Part shown: piece by piece, positions 50,246-60,198 of the stretch
Numbering within the stretch: position 1 is the stretch's first letter
Layout of the letters: every line of letters starts with the position of its first letter
NCBI RefSeq assembly: GCF_001194135.2
Contig: NC_068992.1
Coordinates: 27,015,677 to 27,075,874, forward strand
Origin: Octopus bimaculoides
Taxonomy: Eukaryota
DNA length: 60,198 nt
Direction: 5' to 3'
Program-made: the position numbers and the translations under genes
The notes under the pieces: generated by a model
The model's input: the letters and a program-made list of their open reading frames with translations, nothing else
Database searches by the model: none
What the model was told of the DNA's origin: nothing

Positions 50246-50615
50246 CAGGGTGATTCAAAAGTCTCCATACATAGGAAAAAGTTATTGTTTTATAAGAGAC
50301 AGTTTATAAGTTCCCCTAGATCCCCTATCTGATCCCTCTTGATTTCTATCTTAGGGGTAATTTGAAAGGCATGGTGTATCGCGGAAAGATTAAAAACATA
50401 AATCGTTTGAAAGAACGCATCACCAAATCCTTTGCACAAGTATCACCAGATGTGCTATTACGAGTTCACAATGAGTGGGGTTAAGTATTGCAATGTGTAT
50501 TCAAAACAATGGTAACCATATAGAGACTGTTAAAGAAAAAAAACTGTTCTTATAAATTGTTTCTTATAAAAAAAGATAACTTGTTCCTATGTATAGCGAC
50601 TTTTGAATCACTCTG
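50246..50615 (+). mobile_element. Internally deleted Tc1/mariner-superfamily element (370 bp) with TIRs and TA TSD
   Basis: TA|CAGGGTGATTCAAAAGTCTCCATACATAGGAA ... TTCCTATGTATAGCGACTTTTGAATCACTCTG|TA; retains the transposase C-terminus PRSP/LIPLDFYLRGNLKGMVY...LKERI. Confidence 0.88.
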
Positions 50616-50619
50616 TATA

Positions 50620-50799
50620 TATTTGTGTGTTTGTGTCTGTGTTTCTCACTCCGCCGTCGCTTGACAACTGATCTTGGTGTATTTACGTCCCCGTAACTTA
50701 GTCGCTCGACAAAAGCGACCGATAGAATAAGTATCAGGCTTACAAAAAATAAGTCCAGCATGGCCACAGTCAAAATGACTCAAACGAGTAAAAGAGTAT
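50620..50799 (+). mobile_element. Family A SINE 3' half
   Basis: TTTACGTCCCCGTAACTTAG...GATAGAATAAGTA...AGTAAAAGAGT. Confidence 0.8.
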
Positions 50800-50804
50800 A
50801 TGTG

Positions 50805-50880
50805 CAGTAATCCCTCGACTACTGCGGGGTGTTACGTTCTAAAAAAAACCCGCGAAGTAGAAACAGTACTATACTGTATA
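50805..50880 (+). mobile_element. pogo/Tigger-like MITE 5' end
   Basis: CAGTAATCCCTCGACTACTGCGGGGTGTTACGTTC...CCGCGAAGTAG resembles pogo-type termini; the partner TIR was not found. Confidence 0.5.
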
Positions 50881-51260
50881 TTTTTTATTATTATTTTTAT
50901 AATTTGTATATATTAATTTTTTTATAAATGCAAAGCAACACCACACACTCACCTCCCAAGTTTCGTTTTCCATACAGCATGTGCGATTCTTTGTTTACTC
51001 ATCTACGGTGCACTACGTATTTTCTTTTAATATATTTAAATTAATATATAGATATACATATATACATAGATATATTCATACATATATATATATGTATGTA
51101 TAAATCTATATATGTATATATCTAACAATCTATCTAAATATATATATGTATGTACGTAAAAACTCAGATAAAACTTAGATATGTTTCGACCAAAGATTGG
51201 TCCAGGCCATGTCTAACTTAATAGCACCACCTGATAAGATTATCTAAATCCTTTTTACAG

Positions 51261-51411
51261 TCAAGTTTTGTCCATGGTCCATTCAAGTAGTGAGTTCTTA
51301 TTAAGTGTGTTGTATCCAGGTATGGGTGGTTTGTCTGGTATTCCTTGAAGAAAGCTGCCTAGACTCCGTTTAAAGCTGATAGGATCCTTTTCCTCTTTTA
51401 TCTGTTTTGGG
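51261..51411 (-). mobile_element. CR1/L2-like LINE ORF2 C-terminal fragment
   Basis: FKRSLGSFLQGIPDKPPIPGYNTLNKNSLLEW matches the FK..LD.FL..IPD.P..PGY....NSL pattern recalled for CR1-group LINEs. Confidence 0.6.
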
Positions 51412-51487
51412 ACAATGTATGTATATATGTATGTATATATCTCATACATACATACATACATACATATATATAGATATACATCTATGG

Positions 51488-51520
<33 letters not shown>

Positions 51521-52895
51521 NNNNNNNNNNNNNNNNNNNNNNNNNNNNNNNNNNNNNNNNNNNNNNNNNNNNNNNNNNNNNNNNNNNNNNNNNNNNNNNN
51601 NNNNNNNNNNNNNNNNNNNNNNNNNNNNNNNNNNNNNNNNNNNNNNNNNNNNNNNNNNNNNNNNNNNNNNNNNNNNNNATATATATAGGTAAAGTAAATG
51701 TTAGAGGTAATACTTGATAATTGTAAGCACCTGTATATGCCAGATCGTGGCCGGGGTGAATGAATAAATTGGAAACGTAAAAATAAAAACACAACACAAA
51801 GGATTCTGCGGTACACGTGTTTCAAGCTTTATAGTTGTTGCATCATTATTGGTATATAATTGATAGTGTAAAGCTATCTTCAGCCGCAAATATATTCTTT
51901 CCCAAGAATTATATCACAAAGAAGAAATTAAAAGAGGGAGAAACATGAGAAATAAAAGGTGAGAGTCCATTGTAATATACCTTGTAGTATCTTTAAGTTG
52001 AATATATATATATATAATACAAATGATATATGAGCATATCCATGTATGCATACATATATGTACATACCTACATGTACATGTATATATAGATGCATATCCG
52101 GATAGAGGACGTCAAGAAACGTGGACAAAAAAGGAACATGTGTTTGTATGCTTGTATGTATGTGTGTATGTACATATAGATATGTAGATACATATATATA
52201 TATAAACAAATGTGTGCGTGTTTAGGGTGTAAAGATGCTTGTGTAACTGTGGAATTAGTGTTCAAACTGGTCAGATTCTTACACTCCAACTTCTTAATCA
52301 GAATAGCCCGGAGTGGTCGACAATAAGAAATATCTAGCCCGGACGTACAACAAACCAACATAAATTCAAGGTAGAAGACACCAGTACAACTACTTTAAAG
52401 ATTCGGTAACTGATCGATGTTATAATGTATATTATGCTAACAGCCGTGTATAATGTGACAATAACGTTATATAATATTATATTATATTATATTATATTAT
52501 ATTATGTTATATTATATTACATTATATTACATACAAAAATATTTTCTATATACAGCAAAAATGCAATTTTCACTTTTCGTGCCGCCGAAGCTATCCAGTG
52601 GTTTCACGTTGAAGATATTCACCTCCTATACTTTTTTTGTGAGATCATATTTTTACATTTTTTTTTCCTTTTTTGCTGTGTATAATTACTGCTTCATTAA
52701 ATATGCTTGTTTACGTAATATGCATTTGTCATCTATAATCATGTGTTCATCGTTTGTCCACTTTTTATTCGCTCGATCTATATATGTGCATATAGCTTTA
52801 TTTGTTTATATGTATATGTGAATACGCGTCTATATATGTGTGCGCATGTGTTTATATATGTATATATATATATACGTGTATGTATGTGTGTACAC

Positions 52896-52926
<31 letters not shown>

Positions 52927-53684
52927 TATANNNNNNNNNNNNNNNNNNNNNNNNNNNNNNNNNNNNNNNNNNNNNNNNNNNNNNNNNNNNNNNNNNNNNN
53001 NNNNNNNNNNNNNNNNNNNNNNNNNNNNNNNNNNNNNNNNNNNNNNNNNNNNNNNNNNNNNNNNNNNNNNNNNNNNNNNNNNNNNNNNNNNNNNNNNNNN
53101 NNNNNNNNNNNNNNNNNNNNNNNNNNNNNNNNNNNNNNNNNNNNNNNNNNNNNNNNNNNNNNNNNNNNNNNNNNNNNNNNNNNNNNNNNNNNNNNNNNNN
53201 NNNNNNNNNNNNNNNNNNNNNNNNNNNNNNNNNNNNNNNNNNNNNNNNNNNNNNNNNNNNNNNNNNNNNNNNNNNNNNNNNNNNNNNNNNNNNNNNNNNN
53301 NNNNNNNNNNNNNNNNNNNNNNNNNNNNNNNNNNNNNNNNNNNNNNNNNNNNNNNNNNNNNNNNNNNNNNNNNNNNNNNNNNNNNNNNNNNNNNNNNNNN
53401 NNNNNNNNNNNNNNNNNNNNNNNNNNNNNNNNNNNNNNNNNNNNNNNNNNNNNNNNNNNNNNNNNNNNNNNNNNNNNNNNNNNNNNNNNNNNNNNNNNNN
53501 NNNNNNNNNNNNNNNNNNNNNNNNNNNNNNNNNNNNNNNNNNNNNNNNNNNNNNNNNNNNNNNNNNNNNNNNNNNNNNNNNNNNNNNNNNNNNNNNNNNN
53601 NNNNNNNNNNNNNNNNNNNNNNNNNNNNNNNNNNNNNNNNNNNNNNNNNNNNNNTGTGTGTGTGTGTGTGTGCGTGTGTGTGTG

Positions 53685-54748
53685 TGTCATTATTCAATTT
53701 ATTTCAAGATTTCTTGCCAATAGAGAAAGAACCGGTTTCTAACCTAGATCAGTTCCTTCATTGGAATTTCAACATCAACAACAGGCTATTTTTGTATGTA
53801 TGTATGTATGTATGTATGTATGTATGTATGTATGTATGTGCAGATTTGTATGTTTTATGTATGTATTCTCATGCATATAGTTGCATATCTAGACATGCTC
53901 ATACATATTTAAATGATAAATTACTGGAAAGTTTTACAGATCCAGTGATGGATTGAATCTGTAGTCTTCGAATTAGTATTCTCTTTTCTGGTTTAGAGAA
54001 GCCTGATTGCTCAAGACTGCTATTTAGGCCGTGTGTTACATATCCCAGGGCCCCAATAATTACAGGTATAAACCTGAACTTGTACTCTGAATAGAGTAAC
54101 TGCAAATTTCTCAATAGTGCAGCATAGGTCTTCTCTTTTTCACTGATCTTCAGCTTTATTTTAACATCCGCTGGGCAGCTAATTTCCACAACTATGCTCA
54201 GTTTTTCTTCTCTATCCCAAATCATTATATCAGGTCTGTTGTGCTTACATTTTATTGAGGTCTTCACTGGTACATTCTACCAGTATTCCTTATCATTATG
54301 AGTGGCTGTGGCTTCTACCATACTGTGGGTCTTTATTTCTTTGTCCTCGGGATTATCGTTTCGACGGATTTCATTATAGAATGTCCTAGCTACAACGTCG
54401 TGTCTCATCGGTAGATAGATAATACCGTGATGACATTTTCAGACAACTGATTATGATGTGGGTGATATTTTCAGTGTGAACTCCACAAAGTCTGCATTGG
54501 TTGTCACATTTTATGGCCTTTCTCGCATCTCCATCCCTTTTGTACATCGGATACTTGGTTGATATTTCCTGTTCCTGTGTGGCAAACGCATAGCCTTCAA
54601 AGTGGAAGGTAGTAATCCGGCTATTCGTCCATGATAAACTTCTGCTCATATAAGCACATCCTTTCATCTGATGATATGTTGCGGTAGAGTCATGCAACTT
54701 CTTTGGGCTTGAATTCTAGGTTATCAGTGTTGCTCAAGGAGCTGCCTT
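53685..54748 (-). mobile_element. R4/Dong-like RLE non-LTR retrotransposon, copy 2 (5'-truncated)
   Basis: FHFEGYAFATQEQEI, CRLCGVHTENITHIISC (CCHC), HNRPDIMIWDREEK..VEISCPAD (PD..ExS RLE); homologous to 16799-17780; flanked by (TG)n and (TATG)n. Confidence 0.92.
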
Positions 54749-54989
54749 TCAAGTCTTATGTATGTATGTATGTATATATGTATGCATGCATGTATGTATG
54801 TATGTATGTATGTATTTATGTATGTATGTATGTATGTATGTATTTATGCATGTATGTATGTATGTATGTATTTATGTATGCATGTATGTATGTATGTACG
54901 TATGTAAAGTAGCGTATATTATTTTAAGATTTTGAAGACATGTTAACCTGGAATATATAGAATAGTAAATAAGTTATAATAGTTTCAAG

Positions 54990-55500
54990 TGGTTTCGTGA
55001 TCACTAGTACTTATTTCATCGACACCGAAATGATGAAAGGCAACGTAGAATTCGGCAAAATTTTGTCGAAAGAAGTCAGACAAAATACGGATGAGCATTT
55101 TTTTTTTCCCACGCGCAAGCAATTGTGCCAACTCCCTGATTTATTGTTTCCAATTTTGCAAAAGGTCAGTAACGTTGATGGAAGCGAGTTGGTTTTCACC
55201 TTTGAATCAGTATATGACTGGTACTTTATTATATCGACACCGGAGAGATGAAAGGTGGAGCTGACATTGGTAAGATTCGAACTCAGAGAGTAAAGATCTA
55301 TAACAAACATCTCAAAGCATTATGTAACGAGTCTACCTGATCACCAATTTAGTAAATGCATTATAACATATAAAGTATAGAAAGTGACAATAGTAATGTT
55401 TAGTAGTGTAATTCTTTTTATAATGATGTTAATATTCTTTCACTGAATGCGGCGTTCTGGCAGAAACGTCAGCACGCCGGGTGAAATGCTTTCGCGGTAT
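54990..55500. mobile_element. Three old family B SINE fragments (minus about 54990-55135 and 55200-55345; plus head 55448-55500)
   Basis: Central-domain and head matches. Confidence 0.6.
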
Positions 55501-57801
55501 TGAGATGAATGTATAATTTTTAAATTATAATTTATTAATTAGTGGCCAAACTATTATGTAACAAATGCGAAAATAATAGAATACAGATATTTTTCATTTA
55601 AGGTTGTATCTGATATTTTTCAATTTTAGACTCCAGATAAAATGTAAAAATCACTTGTATTCTGATTATGGAAATTTCATAAATGCTGGTTGTACCTCAG
55701 TCTGAAGCGATTCTAAATAAGACCAATATAAGTGGATAATCTTTAGAGCAGCTGGTATACAATATATTAAAGGTAACACTTACGGCCAAATATGAAGTTA
55801 TTTGCTTTTATTAATTTTAGGTTAAGATTTAGCAAAGATGAAATGTTTTATATTTATTAGAAAAAGATTAATTTTGCGCAGAAACTTATGTTGTAGAATA
55901 TATTCTTTTTTTATAATTTTGTTGGGCATTTTACAATATTTCTAATATCGATGTAATAATTATTAAACAAATTATTTTCACAACTAGTGTAGTTACAGAT
56001 AAAGTAAATAAAAGATTATGTTGTACCGTTTGCCTTTATGCTGATGTTTTCACGATCTATATTTTATCCTGAATTCCTTTGTGCATGATTCTAGCAATCA
56101 AGATTCATAAACAAAACTGATTAACATTTAGAAATGTAGATAATTTCAAGTCGATGATTATATTCTTTGGACAATTAAATCATTTGTAAAATTAGTAAAA
56201 CGTAACATTATTTTTTGTTTTGCTTTTTGTTTGTTTTGTTTCGGTTTTGCTTCGTTTTTTCTCCTTTTTGTTTGGAGAATATAAGGATTATTAAGATTCA
56301 GAATTGTAGGAAATTCAGTGTGAAGTTTACAATCTGCATTGGGAACATAAAAGTGTTGGAAACTTTGGAAATTTAGATCATTATAAATAAAAAGTAGATT
56401 TTCCAAGTACCTCTCACTGTAGACCCAGCATATTAAATTCATTTAGTTAAGTAATATAGGCTAGTAATATCACTGACTTTCATTGTGATTTAGCCTTCAG
56501 GCTGACATCAAATGGAATGATTTTAGTGTTTTTTATCTCAGTAACTTGGTCATAGTACATGGTGGTTTTGCATACCAGGAAAATTTTAAGAACTGATCTT
56601 TTGATGAGTAGAACGGTTCGGACAATTAAAAGTATTTGATGGCAAATGTTAAGAAAAACATGGATAATAATCTATAATCTATGTAGTATTTTCAATTTCG
56701 GTTAAATAGGTTAAACATGAACCACTGTATAGCACTTTAGACGTGATACTTTAATTGTTGACAAGTATTAGATTTCAATATAGATATAACGCTCCCCAGT
56801 CAATATAGTCAAATGGTTGTATGTTATCCGTCTAAGCTTAAGTGATACAATAAGAGTGTCCACGCACGAGAGTTTTGGTCTCCACCTCCATTTCTAAATC
56901 CATAACTTAGTTCTACTATTCTATTATGAGTTTTAACAACAAGACATTCTAATCAATTTTGTTTTGTATATGTTAGTTACAGAAGTAGATGGAAGTCTCT
57001 GGTCGTTGGGTTTATCTATTTTGTAAATCTTTTAGCTGTCACGGAAATAATTTATCGGTGAAAGCAGCCATGTTATTTGAATCTTTATATATTTGTATTT
57101 TAACATAAACAGATTGTTTTCGAATGATTGTAGAAACTTAATTTGAGAAGGATGTTTATTATTCTTGAAAGAATATTTGAAATTATTGCCGTTATCTCGC
57201 CCACAACCTTTTTTATATCGGGAAAAGCAAACGATCTTAATATTTTAAATAAAGTTGTCTATTTTAGTGTTCGACATTTGAAATGTATACTCTTTCAAGA
57301 TAATATCGATCTATTTGATGTTTTAGTATGCTAAACTTACCGCATCTTCAGCAGGTTTCAGTACGTTCTAGTTTTTGAGGGGAAAAAGTTTTTTTCAAAG
57401 TTCTAAGTTTCCGAAGTACTGCAGACTCTAACTTACAGTATATTATTGCAAATTTTACATATTTAACCTATGGATAAGATAATACACTACATGCACAACC
57501 TCTTTAACCATCCACAAGTTAAAGGGCTTCTATATTGTGTGTGGGGGGGGTGTACGTGCGTGCATGCATGTGTGTGTGTGCGCGCGTGTTGTGTATTTGT
57601 TTGTGTCTCTCACTGTTTGATAACTGTTGTATGTTTGTTTATATTTTTGTAACTCAGCGCTTCGACAGAAAATGAGTAGCAGACTTAAAATAATCATTGA
57701 GATCGATCTAATCGACTAAAATCGTTAATTGCTGCTCTAGATTGCTCGGGATCCAGTGCCACACTTACTGTAATTGACTGCCTATTAATTATATGTTTGA
57801 A

Positions 57802-57932
57802 CATTATTTACATTATTTACATTCGACAGATATTTGTCCTCATCTTGTTTGTTGTTAACACAACGTTTCATCAGGTGTCTTGGGGAAATTTCGTACCTGG
57901 CTTCTCATTCCTAAGGTATTTTTCGATATTAC

Positions 57933-57993
<61 letters not shown>

Positions 57994-58244
57994 GCTATAA
58001 TCATTATTCAGATCACTACCTGGAATCGAACTCGGAATCTTGGGGTTAGTAGCCTGCGCTCTTAACCACTACGCCATATCATCGAAAAAATACCTTAGGA
58101 ATGAGAAACCAGGTTCGAAATTTCCCCCAAGACACTTGATGAAGGCTGGAGGGTATATCGTTGTGTTAACAACAAACAAGATGAGGACAAATATCCATCA
58201 AATGTAAATAACGTACAGAATTCCTCATCTCTTAAATATAGAAC
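57802..58244 (-). mobile_element. Composite tRNA-headed SINE-like element with (AAT)n spacer, hammerhead-like tail and inverted tail duplication
   Basis: 12-bp TSD TATATGTTTGAA (57790-57801, 58245-58256); inverted arms 57813-57927 / 58081-58211; A-box TGGCGTAGTGG and B-box GAGTTCGATTCC on minus within 58078-58015. Confidence 0.8.
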
Positions 58245-58527
58245 TATATGTTTGAATATTTATTCCTTCTTAAGACCTATAACATTCGTGTAAAATACCT
58301 CTAAGTATACCGCCTTAATGCACACTCTGTCTTATGCTTTTACATTAAATAGGTTTCACTACTCTTAAACAAACCTCTAAGTAAATTTATTCTTATTTAC
58401 TCTTGCAACCTAAATTAAAGACATAAATTTTATTAAGCCTTATATTCCACCATCAGTTTTTAACTAGTGTACACTACATTGCAAATTATAATATGTGTTA
58501 GCCAAATATAGCTTTCCTTTGTTCACT

Positions 58528-58599
58528 TTAGGCGCTGGCATGGCATTAGGCGCTGGCATGGCATTAGGCGCTGGCATGGCATTAGGTGCCAGTGAGACA
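58528..58599. repeat. 18-bp tandem repeat TTAGGCGCTGGCATGGCA x3 plus one diverged unit
   Basis: Directly visible. Confidence 0.95.
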
Positions 58600-58620
58600 T
58601 TAAGCGCAGACATAGTTATA

Positions 58621-59030
58621 GGCGCAAACGTAGATGTATGGCAACAAGTTTTCTCCCCATCCACACGGTTTTGGGTTCAGTTCCATTGAGAAGTACCAGA
58701 GGCAAGCGTTTTCTGCTATAGCCTCGGGCCAACCAAAGACTTATGGGTTGATTTGGTTGACGGAAACTGAAATGCCGGTCGTATATGTGTGTGTGTGTGT
58801 TTGTGTGTGTCTGTATGTGTATTTGTGTGTGTTTGTCGACCATCACCACTTGGAAACCGGCGTATTTGTTTTTACGTCCCAATAACTTAGTGGTTCGGCA
58901 AAAGAGACCGATAGAATAAGCATCAGGCTTAGAAAAAGTAAGTACTGGGCCGGTCGATTCATTCGAATGAATCGACTAAAATTTCTGCAAGGCTGTGCCC
59001 CAGCATGATTGCAGTCTAATGACTAAAACC
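58621..59030 (+). mobile_element. Family A CORE-type SINE
   Basis: GGCGCA head, GGCAAGCGTTTTCTGCTATAGCCTCGGGCC core, TG tract and tail. Confidence 0.82.
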
Positions 59031-59422
59031 TACGTCTACATTCTAAATATAACATCCACTTGGTTATGAGAATTATCTTCTTAGTTTCCAAGTACATGAA
59101 ACTATTCAGCGTATATTTAGAAGGCACCGCTTTTATATTTAACTTTGACAAATATATCAGGAGTTAGCATTACAGAGACAGGGTCGTGGTTGTGATAGAT
59201 TATGCACATCTTTGTGTTTGTGTCACAAGCTATTTGACAATCAGTATGAGTCCATGTCTTTGTAATTTAACTGTTCAATACAGAAATACAGATAAAACAT
59301 TTCAGAGCGATATCGCATCATCAGCGCTGCCCAAACGCTAAAACAAGTAAAAGAGTACTCATTTTAAAATCATAACGTAAATGTTATATTTACCCAATAA
59401 TTGTATTCTCACATATTTTCAA

Positions 59423-59760
59423 GTGAAGGCGTGTAACTCAGCGTTGAGAGCGTCGGGCTTACAATCATGAGGTAGTGAGTTTGATTCCCCGACCGGGTTC
59501 TGTGTTTTGTTTTGAGCAAAACATTTTGTTTCACGTTTCTTCTCCAGTTCACTCAGCTTTCGAAATGAATTGCAATGTTACTAGTGCCAAATTGTATCGG
59601 CCTTTGCCTTTCCCTTGGACAATAGCGGTGGCATGAAGCGGGGAGGCTGGTATGCATGGGCGACTGTTGGTCTTCAATAAACAACCCACCCTGGACTTGT
59701 GCCTCGGAGTGTAACATTCTAGGTGCATCCCATGGTCATACATGACCGAAGAGGATCTTA
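59423..59760 (+). mobile_element. Family C SINE with an alternative 3' tail
   Basis: Same head and core as the 43912 copy (TTGAGCAAAACATTTTGTTTCACG...CAGTTCACTCAGCT), but the tail GCCAAATTGTATCGGCCTTTGCC...CATGACCGAAG is unrelated. Confidence 0.75.
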
Positions 59761-60198
59761 ATCCTTTACATGTTTCCAAATATTATATTATATTACTAAT
59801 ATAATTTCCTATGTCAATTCTCATATGCACTGGCTTTAAAATACATTTATGACTTCACCTGGAGGATGATTTTTCGTAAACCTATTTACAACAATATAAA
59901 CGTAATTACACCATTAATCATTAGTTAATCACATCTTTTCGTTTATATCGTAATGTATTTATAATCTCAAATACACTAGGTTTTTATAACGTTGACATAT
60001 CTAAATTATATGTCATATAACATATACTTTTCATTGAACAAAGCAAATCTATTGCGTTAGAATAGTTTCTCTGTATGAAATGTTACTTATTGCATATCAT
60101 AACTACTATAAGTGTGTCAATGTGTCTATATAAAAAAATATATAAATGTATATGTATATATATATATATATATATATAAATATATGTATATATATGTA

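Larger units (their letters stand above)
2900..53654. other. 14 assembly gaps (N): 2900-3080, 6479-6488, 9903-10403, 12001-12521, 23191-23236, 26917-27081, 29365-29614, 33404-33503, 42841-43410, 46742-46751, 48585-49070, 49945-50156, 51521-51678, 52931-53654
   Basis: Directly visible; most are flanked by dinucleotide repeats. Confidence 0.97.

Noticed and set aside
2803-53956. Long ORFs rich in HT/YI/VC/ER/SL dipeptides or X
   Set aside because: They are translations of dinucleotide microsatellites and N-gaps, not genes.
56158-56442. LRR-like LENLLFIYNDL in the minus ORF
   Set aside because: Only one motif, no second in-register repeat, weak splice signals, and the ORF runs into low-complexity sequence.
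58528-58599. CRISPR-like short repeats
   Set aside because: The units are contiguous with no spacers, there are no cas genes and the context is eukaryotic; the same applies to all other short repeats in the window.

Overview
This is eukaryotic, AT-rich animal genomic DNA, not prokaryotic. It is most likely octopus/cephalopod, judged from memory of the SINE families and the dinucleotide-microsatellite load; no database search was run. It comes from a gapped assembly: 14 N-runs totalling about 3.9 kb, most abutting (TA)n/(TG)n/(CT)n tracts. I recognise no intact host protein-coding gene, rRNA, true tRNA gene or CRISPR array. Nearly all long ORFs in the supplied track are microsatellite or N-run artefacts. 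The window reads as intronic or intergenic and is dominated by mobile DNA: about 30 copies or fragments of 3-4 tRNA-derived SINE families, four Tc1/mariner-superfamily remnants, a hAT MITE, a pogo-like end, two R4/Dong-like RLE non-LTR retrotransposon copies, RTE and CR1/L2-like 3' ends, a Gypsy integrase + PPT + 3' LTR, and a Penelope-like RT fragment. The most interesting object is a TSD-bounded composite at 57.8-58.25 kb. It has a tRNA-derived Pol III head, an (AAT)n spacer and a tail with a Penelope-type minimal hammerhead motif, and the tail is duplicated in inverted orientation. This suggests a SINE mobilised by Penelope-like machinery. Secondary points are a second hammerhead-like motif, SINE head/tail module swapping, a triplet of AG|GT recursive-splice-like sites, and a few unverified candidate exons. 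All coordinates were read by eye and may be off by a few bases at element edges.
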